Source: Salisapilia sapeloensis CBS 127946
Lineage: Eukaryota; Protista; Oomycota
Length of the DNA: 64,000 nucleotides
Direction: 5' to 3'
NCBI GenBank assembly: GCA_023334545.1
Contig: JAADVB010000052.1
Coordinates: 26,895 to 90,894, forward strand
Numbering within the stretch: position 1 is the stretch's first letter; every line of letters starts with the position of its first letter. A model generated the notes under the pieces. The model had not been told where the DNA came from, did no database searches, and saw nothing but the letters and a program-made list of their open reading frames with translations. The translations under genes were made by a program, and so were the position numbers. Positions 31,259 to 40,970 of this stretch are shown in pieces.

Positions 31259-33637
31259 TTATGTCTCTTTATCAATGCGGTCGAACACCATGACCATCTC
31301 ACAGTGAGGCGTGTGGGGGAACATGTCCACAGGCATCGCGCCGACAGGTCGGAACGCCGTACCTGTGACGGCCTTAGTGCCTGGTCCACACAGCACCGTC
31401 GCATCCTCTATCAGCGACTTGGTCGGGTTGCACGACACGTACACGATCCTCTCCACCGGAGCACACGCCCGTAGAGAACGTAGCACTTGGTGGTGCAGTC
31501 CAGCTCGAGGTGGGTCGACGATAGCCACGACCTTTGTCAGATCCTTTTCGTCCTCCTCCTTGCCTCTCAGTAGTCCCTTCATCACGTCCTCAGCCTTGGA
31601 GTTGATAAAGTGGGCATTGTCCACCTTGTTCAGAGCAGCATTCGCCTCTGCATCTGTCGTCGCGGCCGTCGACAGCTCAATTCCGACGACCTTCCCGCAC
31701 TTTTCAGCGGCACACAGGCCAATAGTTCCTGTTCCGCAGCAGACGTCGTACAAGAGTGTCTTGTCATCCAGCTTAGCCTGATCCTTCACGAGCGAGTAAA
31801 GGACCTCGGCGCCTGGCGTGTTCACCTGGAAGAAGGCGTTGGGAGATACTCGGAAGCGCATGCCGAGCATCTCTTCCATGATGCTGTCTTCTCCAAAGAG
31901 TTTTGTCACTGGGTCACTTTCGCTCGCGACAGAGATGCCAGCGTACTCTTGAACGTACAGCGATGTCACCTTCACGCCACAAGCGTCTGGATCATTAAAT
32001 GTCGTAGCCAGTACCCGGCGTAGTTCATCAGAAGACCCGTCCTCTTCCAATTCAGCAGGGTTCAGCTGGACCATGAGCATCAGATCCTGCGTGCGAGCGC
32101 TATATCTCGCTGTGAGCATGCGCCACACGCCCGTCTTCTTTTCTACGCTGTACACAGGCCACGAGGAGTCTCGAATCAGCTTCTGCAATGCCGCACAAGC
32201 TTTCTTCATCGCATCTGGAACGTTAATACATCCGTCCGGACTGTTGACGACCACTGAGCCTTCTTTAAACAGTCCCAGTCGGAAGCCAACACATGCTTCC
32301 CCCGCTTCATCCTTCCCGATGGTGAACTCACACTTGTTCCGGTACTCTTCTGTCATAGGCGAACCTCTGATCGGATCCAGAGGACAGCAGAGACCCTTGT
32401 GACTCGCCATGCCAACGACATCCTTCCCTTTCAAAGGCACCTTTCGATCAATAGTGTACTCGCTGTTCACATACGAGACGGCATCAGACGTCAACAAGAG
32501 GATCTGAGCGTGGTGCGAAGCCATTCCCTTCACCTCCGTGATACCAGCATCTCCCACTCTACTTTCGCTAAAGGACAGAACGCAACTGCTGTCGAATTCG
32601 CCTCCTTTGGGAAGGCTCGCATACTTCCATTCGTTCGTCTCTGGAGCGTAAGCGTACAGAGCCATGTCATGGATGCCAATGAGTCGAGCACCATCCACCT
32701 GTGCGATGCGAGTCCAGTCTCCAGTTGCATACTGGCCTTCTCCCGTTTGCCAGTAGATGTCACCCTTGTCCGTACAGCACAGAAGATTGCCCTTCAGAGA
32801 CGCTAGGCTAGTGATCTTTGCATCCTTCGGACCGTCGCAAATCTTCTGCCAGCTTGTGCCGGACGAACTCCGGCGCAAGAGGTAGATGGCGTCGCCTCCA
32901 CAGCAGGCAGCCAGCTCTCCTCCGAACGAAATAAGGTCCACTGCATTCGACACGGACGTCACTTGTTTCCATTCACTGTCCACGTCGGCTTCATGCGTTC
33001 GCTCGAGTATCATGCCATCCTCCACGATAAACAGAGAGCCGTGACTTTCCAACCACTCTGGAACGTACTGCTTCTTCACAATCTCTTGTTCTCCACTGTT
33101 CTTACTACGCTTCATCGCCTCAACTTTAGCTCGCTTCTCTTTCTTTGTAAAAGCTGCACGAGCTTTTCGAACGAAACGCACAAGCACTTTCTTCATCTCA
33201 TTCTCTTTCCGCTCTAATTGAGTCTCATATGGTACGTTCGCCCATGGGGTCACAGCATCCTCTGCCTCAGCTGCTACGCTGGTCTCCTCCGCCTTCTCCT
33301 CTTTATTGTTGTCACCATCCTGATCGTCACGACGACGCTTTCGAGAGCGTTTATTATCCTTCTTCGGCAGTGCATCACTGACATCCAATGGCTCTCCATT
33401 CCACGTCAACTGAGCCAGTAGAGATTTGGCATTCTCACGCTGTTCCTTCGACTCAAAGTGGATAAAGCCAAAGGAGAGCTGGCGAGCCTTTTGGACTTTC
33501 ACAAACGGAACTTCGTGTTTGCTCAGAAACTCCTCCATGACTTTTGAGGTCTTCCATTGACCATAATTGAGTACAATAACCTTGATTTCCTCCTTCTCGG
33601 TGCTAGAAATCGTCTCTGCTACATCCGTCGACGCCAT
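31259..33637 (-). CDS. TRMT2A: tRNA (uracil-5)-methyltransferase TRMT2A-like, with N-terminal RRM and a large internal insertion
   Basis: RRM (FGFIHF), PWANVPYETQL, YRNKCEFTIG, FRVSPNAFFQVN, DVCCGTGTIG, IVDPPRAGL, YVSCN and VDMFPHTPHCE. Confidence 0.93.
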   Translation of the reverse strand: MASTDVAETISSTEKEEIKVIVLNYGQWKTSKVMEEFLSKHEVPFVKVQKARQLSFGFIHFESKEQRENAKSLLAQLTWNGEPLDVSDALPKKDNKRSRKRRRDDQDGDNNKEEKAEETSVAAEAEDAVTPWANVPYETQLERKENEMKKVLVRFVRKARAAFTKKEKRAKVEAMKRSKNSGEQEIVKKQYVPEWLESHGSLFIVEDGMILERTHEADVDSEWKQVTSVSNAVDLISFGGELAACCGGDAIYLLRRSSSGTSWQKICDGPKDAKITSLASLKGNLLCCTDKGDIYWQTGEGQYATGDWTRIAQVDGARLIGIHDMALYAYAPETNEWKYASLPKGGEFDSSCVLSFSESRVGDAGITEVKGMASHHAQILLLTSDAVSYVNSEYTIDRKVPLKGKDVVGMASHKGLCCPLDPIRGSPMTEEYRNKCEFTIGKDEAGEACVGFRLGLFKEGSVVVNSPDGCINVPDAMKKACAALQKLIRDSSWPVYSVEKKTGVWRMLTARYSARTQDLMLMVQLNPAELEEDGSSDELRRVLATTFNDPDACGVKVTSLYVQEYAGISVASESDPVTKLFGEDSIMEEMLGMRFRVSPNAFFQVNTPGAEVLYSLVKDQAKLDDKTLLYDVCCGTGTIGLCAAEKCGKVVGIELSTAATTDAEANAALNKVDNAHFINSKAEDVMKGLLRGKEEDEKDLTKVVAIVDPPRAGLHHQVLRSLRACAPVERIVYVSCNPTKSLIEDATVLCGPGTKAVTGTAFRPVGAMPVDMFPHTPHCEMVMVFDRIDKET

Positions 33638-33717
33638 TGCCAGCGTCTCCAGTCAATTTTGATGGTTTTGTTGCTCTGTTCTTCCAAATGATTGGTGAAA
33701 ATTAAATTGTAGAGTAT

Positions 33718-34408
33718 ATGATTGGTGAAAAAGAGTCAACACGATCAAAAGGCATTGCTATGATGGCGAGTCCGACGACGGAGACAGCGACGCCGAGGCG
33801 CATGGAGCCCTTGCTACGACCTACGAGTATCCAAGAGGACTTTGAAGTTTCTGTGCATGAGTGCCCGAAAATAATGATGCGAGAAGTAAAGCACGTATTC
33901 CCAGACCGCTTCACGTCGAAGCCTTATCCTCCTGTCATCGCAGTCGTGACCTGCCAGCGAGCTCGAATGGACTTAAGCAACTTCGGTGAAGAAGCTGATA
34001 AAGAGAAGGACAGGTTGCTGGAGTCATTCGTGGACTTTGCTCAGCATGTTACCAAAGAGCTTCAGAAACTTGACCACTGGGCAGACTTTATCGATCCTTG
34101 CTCTGGTCTACCGGTACGTATCTATGCTTGCTATCTTACCACGTTCATACAATCGTGTTCTTAAGTGTACTTTTATGTAATGACTCTAGATGCTGACACC
34201 GCAGTCGAACAAAGTGTACAGCGAAGTGGATGGGGTGGAGTTACTCCTTCGGTATCGATGTCTTAGCGCAGGCATGTGCAAGATTCTACTGCATCCAACA
34301 TGGGGAGCAGCAGTCTATCCTGCCTCCCTATTCACCACTGCTCCCTTTGATGCTGTTCAGCAGGCCATTCACAGCTACCGTCCTACCAACCCAGACGTCT
34401 CTGAATGA
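33718..34408 (+). CDS. MMADHC: Cobalamin-trafficking CblD/MMADHC-like protein, 2 exons (intron 34114-34189)
   Basis: EVSVHECP, EKDRLLESFVDFA, HWADFIDPCSGLP, CKILLHPTWGAAVYPASLFTTAP. The start may be 33718 or 33760. Confidence 0.88.
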
Positions 34409-34658
34409 GACTTGCACTGCATCTAGTTAGCCTACTCACCCATCCTCTTGTCTAGTATAGATACTACCCAGGATATAAAGCCTATGCTACCCAATATACA
34501 TCCAAATTCAAGAAAACCCATTTAGCATCATTGGTCAAAGTTACAACAAATTCATGATATGATGATACATTTCGAAAATGTAGCGAATCAATTTGCGTAT
34601 ATAGTTAGAAACGTCGCAGTTTATAGACAACCAATTCGAGCACCAAACGATTAGAGTC

Positions 34659-35602
34659 ATGTCGAGCGGCTTTCGTGTACGATCCCACTGCATTTACTCC
34701 TTCCCTGACGTATGGAGCATATGAGATACTAAACGCTGGATTTATTTTCACAGGGAACGAGCTTGGAACAGGACAACCGCTTCGTGAATAATGACAAGAA
34801 GCTCATGGCCAAGATGACGTTCCCCGACAGCTTTCGCCAACGAGTAAATTTTAAAAAAGTCAAAGTGGAGGTCGTGCACAATTGGGTAGCTGAACGAATT
34901 ACCAAAATCCTTGGCTTTGAAGATGAAATTGTGATCTCCATGATCAATAACATGCTCGATGCAGCTGCCGAGGGAGAGTCTCTCGATCCTCGTCAGCTGC
35001 AAATTCAAGTCACAGGCTTTTTAGAAAAAGACGCCGCAGCCTTTTGCAAAGAGCTGTGGGAGCTACTGCTTAGTGCACAGGAGAATCCAACGGGCATTCC
35101 GACATCTATACTAGAAAAGAAGAAACAAGAGCTCGAGAAAATCGCCAAAGAAAAGCAAGATCTTAAGACTGCAATTGAAAAGAACCAACGAAACTCTCGA
35201 TTCAGTGAAAGAAAAGAAAATCACGGGGTGAAACCTCGAAAAAGTCGCTTCCACAGCTCCAAAGAGGATAGCAGCAATGATCGTCCTGCTAGACCGCATC
35301 AAGACAAGTCACGCTCTCGATCCAGAACACCTCCTCGACGCCGCCGTAGATCTCGTTCGGATAGCCCCCCTCGACGCCGGCGAAACAGGTAAGCCCATAA
35401 GCTAGCTGACAAGTAAACATATGGCTGATAAAGATATTCTAGATCTCGCTCGGACTCTTGGGGTCGACGTCCTCGTCGACATTCTCCTTCCAGCTCTCGG
35501 TCTCGGTCTCGATCTCGCTCTCGCTCGCGTTCCCGAGGCCGTCGTCGACCTCGATCCGCATCAAGCTCTCGATCTCGCTCTCGAGGGCGTTCCAGCAGGT
35601 AA
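34659..35602 (+). CDS. SRRM1: PWI-domain SR-related splicing protein (SRRM1-like), introns 34677-34753 and 35389-35442; 3' end uncertain
   Basis: MSSGFRGTSLEQDNRF, KVKVEVVHNWVAERITKILGFEDEIV, QIQVTGFL, FCKELWELLLSAQENPTGIP, followed by an RS tract. Confidence 0.88.
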
Positions 35603-35728
35603 CATCTACTTAATCTGTCCAAAAAGACAAGAAATGACGGGAACTATTGTAGAAGCCGAGACTAGTCCGAAACACTTCAAGCCAGGATGGAATACAATGC
35701 ATTTGTTCCTAAAAAGTCGCTTATGTGA

Positions 35729-36702
35729 TTAACTGCTGTCGATAGTAGCTACGTGAACTTGGATGGAGGATTTATAAAGCTTTTCCTGTGCTTTAATGTG
35801 CGCTTCCACTTCCTCCATTAGCCCTTCCAGCTCTTGTATTGTTGCCTCCGCTTTCTTTTTCACCCATTCTTCTCCTTCAGTCGACCGTTTGAGCCAGTAT
35901 AATGCCATGGTGTAATTTACCTCCAAGCCATCTCCGAGCGCATACATGTGGCCGAGCGCGAGCATCGCAGGTGTGAAGTCGCGCTCAGCAGCTTTTTCGA
36001 ATAGCTCCTTTGCAATTGCAGAGTTCCTCTTCTTCCCTCTGCCGTAAAGATGCATCAATCCGAGATGGTACATCGCTTCCACAAGTCTATTGTCTTCGCT
36101 TGCTGCCTCATACAATTCACTAGCCTTGGCAAAGTCGAGAGGAACACCTCGTCCGTATTCATATAGGATGGCAAGATAGAACATGGCTCGATGACTGCCC
36201 ATGGCGCCAGCTTCTGTTAGCAATCGAACTGCTTTCTCAGTATCCCTCAATACACCTCTACCTTCAGCGTATATTCTATAGATGGATCAGAGACATGTAT
36301 AAAGACACTTTATTGACAAACGTACAACGCCAGTTTCCATTTCGCATCAAGATGGCCGTTGTGAGCACTGGACGAAAACCAATTGTGACTCAAATGATCG
36401 CTTGGAGAGACAGCTACTCCTGTTTCGTATAGCACACCCAAGGCAAATTGGGCATCGATGTGGTTTTCCTCAGCGGCTCGCTTTAGTAACTTGACGGCTT
36501 CCACTTCATCTTTTTCCAGTCCATGACCATAGAGTTTCGCCATCGCTAGCAAATACATGGCACTCGAATGTCCTTGATTCGCAGCATGAAGCATGGACGA
36601 CAAAGATTCTGCGTCTATCCATTCAGGCGAGACCGGGAGCAAGTCCGCTACGTTAGCAAGGGTGAAGCCAAGTAGAAGAGAGACGAGCACAAGACAATGC
36701 AT
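35729..36702 (-). CDS. Secreted SEL1-repeat protein, 2 exons (intron 36276-36325)
   Basis: Signal peptide MHCLVLVSLLLGFTLA and SEL1 units (DAQFALGVLYETG, AMFYLAILYEYGRGV, AMYHLGLMHLYGRG, AMLALGHMYALGDG). Confidence 0.88.
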
Positions 36703-36928
36703 CTATCAGACGTCGCAGAAGAGTGAAGGGGCACAGGAGACTGAAACTATCGTTTTGAAGGAAATAGGAGCGAGGAGGCAATTAAGCTTGTATCCAGAGG
36801 CATTTGGCTTCCAGCTCACTCGCTTCATTGTATTAAAGTGCTTTAGAGCAAAAAAGAAGAGGAAAGCCGGCTGCTAGAGAAAAAGAAAGCTTAACTACTG
36901 CGGAAATGCATCATTCCAGCGATTTCGT

Positions 36929-37481
36929 CTAAAGGAATTTGGCAACGCCGGCGTCGATCGTTTCCTTGGAAAGCTCCGACGCGTCCGTGGCCGTCAGGTG
37001 GATACCGACGCCGACAAGCACACGCTTGATGGCTTCCTTGGAAGACGCGTACAGCATCTTGCTCTTGATACGAGCCGTGTCTGGCGACCTATATCCAGTA
37101 AAAATGAGCATACAATTCTACAATACACTTTTACTGCAAAGAATGTACCAGGAGAGGAAGACGATCTTGCTGGTAGGACGTCCATCCTTGGTCGTGACGT
37201 CGAGGTCGATGAGGCCGTAGCGGCAGTCGTCCGTGACGGCAGCCATCTTGTTGGCAAAGTCCTCGTACGTCTCGTCCGGGGAGCCCGTGGACTCGATCAC
37301 GATCTGGGAGTCGTCCTGGATTTTGTAGATAAAGTATCGGTAGTTGTACGGCTCGCGCTTGAGCTTAAAGTCGTTGAACTGCGTAATAACATCATCGTCG
37401 ACGGTGACTCCAGAAGACTATTTCCGCACAAAACAATCAGTTCGTGCATGTACGGTTTCAAGAGGGGAGACAGTGTACCAT
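36929..37481 (-). CDS. CFL: Actin-depolymerising factor / cofilin, 3 exons: ATG-only exon 37479-37481, introns 37418-37478 and 37089-37148
   Basis: MSSGVTVDD...YRYFIYKI...DCRYGLIDL...[24 protein letters not shown]. Confidence 0.95.
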
Positions 37482-38409
37482 CTTGAGTGTTGGTTGATCC
37501 TAGCTTACGGGGTGCGATAGGGAGGGAGAAAATCGATTTGATTTGGTCCGCTCAAACGCGTGGCACCTTTTTCTCTTCCTTTCACTATCCGCATAGAGAG
37601 GCGTTGTGATTGGCAGAAAAGAGCATATAACGTGGAATGTATCTTGAAAAGATGTGTCGAAGGATATTGTGACCCAGGAAGGTTGATATCAGGTCGACTG
37701 GAAACCGCCTTGATCGACGTACCTTTTGCTCTCCAACGGCCTTTCAAAGTGCGCCAGCTTACGATCGGATGCAACTTGTACGACGACGCCATTCACATGC
37801 AGTGGAAAGTCATTTAGGCCATGGAGGGCCCTAGACGTGGTGAGGTGCGTGAGACGTGGCTATCCTCGCTGATGCGGATCCCATCGTCAGGATTTCATGT
37901 CGCTTTTCGTGATATTGACTGATTGGAATCAAAGTTTAGTCACTACCATGTAATATCCACAGCAAATAGAGATATCCATTCATCAACTAATCTTCAGCCA
38001 CGATCGCATCAATCAGTAGACACATGCGTCCATCCAATCTATAAATGCAAACCACCTTTTCTTTTGTCTTCTCACAAAGCTCCCTTCCACTCCAACGTCC
38101 AATCATCTCGTAAAACTTCTTTCTTATTAGAATATCTTTAGTTACTCATTACAATGGGTTGATATGTTTCCTAAACCCAGAGAATCCAAGCAGGTACGAT
38201 GAGTAACGCAATCTCTAGTAACTCCGTTTTGTCGCTTATCAAGAGAGCTACACGCTAGACTCAGTGTTCAGATCTAACTCTTATCATCTCTTTCACAGCC
38301 GAATCAACCTGATAACATGTTCTCATCGATAGGAGGAAGAAGAAAAGAGTACAAGAAAGATAAAGCTATGTTCAAATCCTTAAAAAGCTAAAAATACGTA
38401 CTTCTAGTC

Positions 38410-39396
38410 TTAGTCGAGTGCTTCACCAAGGAGCATCCCACCGAGGATGCCAGCGCCGACACCCATGGCAACGTTTCCATACCCACCTCCATGCTTGTGC
38501 TGATGCTTGTACATCTTCTTCTCTTGCTTGTGCATTTTCTTCTGTTGCTTGTAGTAGTGCTTCTCCATCTTTGGATCGTACGGCATGTGTCCTCCCGGTG
38601 CACCATACATCGGTGGGGGCGCAGGATATTGCTGCATCATTGGCGGAGCAGGGTATTGATGCATGGGCGGTGGAGAAGGATACTGCTGCATTGGTGGTGG
38701 AGTCGGATATTGCTGCATCTGCGACTGCGGAGGGTATTGCTGTGGGGGATATTGCTGCGGAGGATAGCTGGGTGAAACCTGTTGGGCGTACATTGGTGGC
38801 TGGTCTGGTGCAGGGTAGGCAGAAGGGTAAGCATTTTGTTGTTGAGCATACTGTGGATAGCTTGCTTGTTGCGGAGCGTACGCATTCGGATTGTGCGGTG
38901 GGTACGCAGCCGAATGTGCATGGCTATCATGATGGTACGCACCACCGTGCTTGGGCGCCTTCTTCCCATGTCCTGCCGCGTCGAGCAATTGGATGCGGAG
39001 ATTAATTTCTCCCGATCGCTCCTGATAGCAATTCAAAGGATACCAGTTGTCCACGACCTGACCGGACATGAACATATTCAAGGGCAGTCTAGCCTCTCCA
39101 ATCAAGACACTGGCTGTAAAGTTCTTGTCCTTGACTTGGATCTCCAACTGCTCCAGCTGCGGGTCCACGACTTCGAATGAAAACACTTCATTCCATCGTG
39201 GCGTCCGATGCCCATTGTCATCCACGCGTGTCTTGTGGGATCGCCGTCCGACCTTGATTTTGCAGTACGGGTCTTGTTTGCCAAAAGTCTGTTTATCGAG
39301 TAAATTCCGAGCCGAGACGACGCGTACGTGTAGTTCCATTGGAGCCATGTCGTTTGCGTCTTTTGGTGCGTTTTCGATACTGACGTCAGGAGACAT
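38410..39396 (-). CDS. C2-domain protein with a Pro/Gln/Tyr-rich tail
   Basis: LHVRVVSARNL, QDPYCKI, PRWNEVFSF, LEIQVKDKN, IGEARLPL and WYPL, followed by YPPQQ/PPMQQY repeats and GAGILGGMLLGEALD. Confidence 0.92.
   Translation of the reverse strand: MSPDVSIENAPKDANDMAPMELHVRVVSARNLLDKQTFGKQDPYCKIKVGRRSHKTRVDDNGHRTPRWNEVFSFEVVDPQLEQLEIQVKDKNFTASVLIGEARLPLNMFMSGQVVDNWYPLNCYQERSGEINLRIQLLDAAGHGKKAPKHGGAYHHDSHAHSAAYPPHNPNAYAPQQASYPQYAQQQNAYPSAYPAPDQPPMYAQQVSPSYPPQQYPPQQYPPQSQMQQYPTPPPMQQYPSPPPMHQYPAPPMMQQYPAPPPMYGAPGGHMPYDPKMEKHYYKQQKKMHKQEKKMYKHQHKHGGGYGNVAMGVGAGILGGMLLGEALD
38600..38790 (-). repeat. Coding tandem repeats (YPPQQ)n and (PPPMQQY)n
   Basis: Recurrent gatattgctg units on the + strand. 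The translation reads YPPQQYPPQQYPPQSQMQQYPTPPPMQQYPSPPPMHQYPAPPMMQQYP. Confidence 0.8.
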
Positions 39397-39483
39397 ACTT
39401 GATTATCCGGATATCAGACGGATACTGCAAGAATCCTCTGCACGATACGAAACATACGACGGACGGTAGAAAATTCAGACGAA

Positions 39484-40920
39484 ATGGACCGGAGGAAGCA
39501 GCTATCCATGGGCTCTATGCCAGTAGCACCCGAGCCCTCTCCGATATCCACCTCCAAGGTGGACAAGGATGTGCCGAGTGGAGAGGATGAAGATGATTTT
39601 GATTTATTTGGTCTGCATTCGTCGATCAAGACCGAGAGTAGATGTCGCAAACTGAAGACGGCGGCGTCTGCGCCTCCTTCGCTAACGAATGACTACACCA
39701 CGAAGGACCAAAGTGAAGAAGAAGATGATTTCGTGCTATTCCCGACTCCAGACGGACCCACTGGCTCCTCCGTCGCTAGTGAGCGTATCCAGACGGCCCC
39801 ATCACAACCAGAACAGATCGCTGCGTACAAGCAGTCAGGCAATGCACTCGACGTGATTGCAGTGAAAAGCACAACGGATGAAGAGATATTCACGACGCCT
39901 TGGCATGTCGTGTTCAACTACTCTCGTTGGCGATGGAGCACCCCGACAGAAGTCGGGGATGAAGTCAAAGTCTATATCAACGGCATGGAAATGCCGACGA
40001 GAATGAAGCTACTAGACAGAGGTCGCTGCACCTTTAAAACAGGTGGGTCTGTACCGCCAGTCACTGACTTGGCCAACATCCCTCTCAGCGAAGACACGCC
40101 CAATCTCATTCGATTCGAGCACTATCAATCCACCTACCGAACGTATCGTTACATTGACGCCAAACTCCACGTCTGGTCGCCTAACGACTCGATTGTCGTG
40201 GTAGATTTAGACGGCACATTGACCATCAACGACGTGGAAGGCCACATCCGAACGCTTAGGCTCGGACAATACGATTTCCTCCATAAAGGCTCGTGCGATT
40301 TCTTCTCCAAGCTCCATGCACTCGACCTTCGGATCCTGTACCTCACGGCTCGTCCGATCGACTGGGCGAGTGCCTCTCGTACACACCTGGAAAAGGCACA
40401 GCAGCCTCCACACGCTCTGCCTCCAGGTCCGCTCATCACGAATGACACTGGACTGACAGGAGCTCTGTACACGGAAGTGGTGAACAAGAACCCGGATGTC
40501 TTCAAGACCAAGGTGCTGAACGAGATCCAGCTGACACTCATCCACGCCGGTCGGATCATTGAGCACCCGGTCTTCGTCATGGGCTTTGGCAACCGTCCGT
40601 CGGATATTGAAGCCTACGGTCGAGTCGGCATCGATCGTGACATGATCTTTCTCATCGACCCGTACTCGAAACTCCGACCGAGTACGAGCAAGGACAAGTA
40701 CGAGTCGTACTCGGATCCGAACGCTCTGCTCTGGCTGCTTCCGAAACTCAAGCACAAGGTACCGATTGAGAAAGCAGTCAAGATCGACGAGTGCACCTTC
40801 AACACCATGGACCTCGTAGATGAACTCGCAGAGATGCGACGATCCGAGATCCTGGCCAAGCAACTACAAAAGCAGGAAGATCGTGTGACCCAGTCCACGT
40901 ACCGAGACATGCCCTATTGA
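39484..40920 (+). CDS. Compact lipin/Pah1-type phosphatidate phosphatase (N-LIP-like + LNS2/HAD)
   Basis: TTPWHVVF...VKVYING...MKLLDRGRCTF (N-LIP-like), catalytic DLDGT, YLTARP, GPL, FK...L and GFGNRPSD..AY..VGI. Confidence 0.85.
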   Translation: MDRRKQLSMGSMPVAPEPSPISTSKVDKDVPSGEDEDDFDLFGLHSSIKTESRCRKLKTAASAPPSLTNDYTTKDQSEEEDDFVLFPTPDGPTGSSVASERIQTAPSQPEQIAAYKQSGNALDVIAVKSTTDEEIFTTPWHVVFNYSRWRWSTPTEVGDEVKVYINGMEMPTRMKLLDRGRCTFKTGGSVPPVTDLANIPLSEDTPNLIRFEHYQSTYRTYRYIDAKLHVWSPNDSIVVVDLDGTLTINDVEGHIRTLRLGQYDFLHKGSCDFFSKLHALDLRILYLTARPIDWASASRTHLEKAQQPPHALPPGPLITNDTGLTGALYTEVVNKNPDVFKTKVLNEIQLTLIHAGRIIEHPVFVMGFGNRPSDIEAYGRVGIDRDMIFLIDPYSKLRPSTSKDKYESYSDPNALLWLLPKLKHKVPIEKAVKIDECTFNTMDLVDELAEMRRSEILAKQLQKQEDRVTQSTYRDMPY

Positions 40921-40970
40921 TAGATATATGTATATAATACTTTTAAACGAAAAGCATTTTGTATTCACGA

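Noticed and set aside
32396-33040. TRMT2A insertion considered as an intein or retained intron
   Set aside because: There are no Cys/Ser start or His-Asn end residues, no LAGLIDADG motif and no convincing splice boundaries. It is kept as a domain insertion instead.
39025-39045. GTATCCTTT (U12-type 5' splice-site consensus) on the minus strand in the C2 gene
   Set aside because: It encodes the conserved W-Y-P-L of the C2 domain in an uninterrupted frame, so it is coding rather than an intron.
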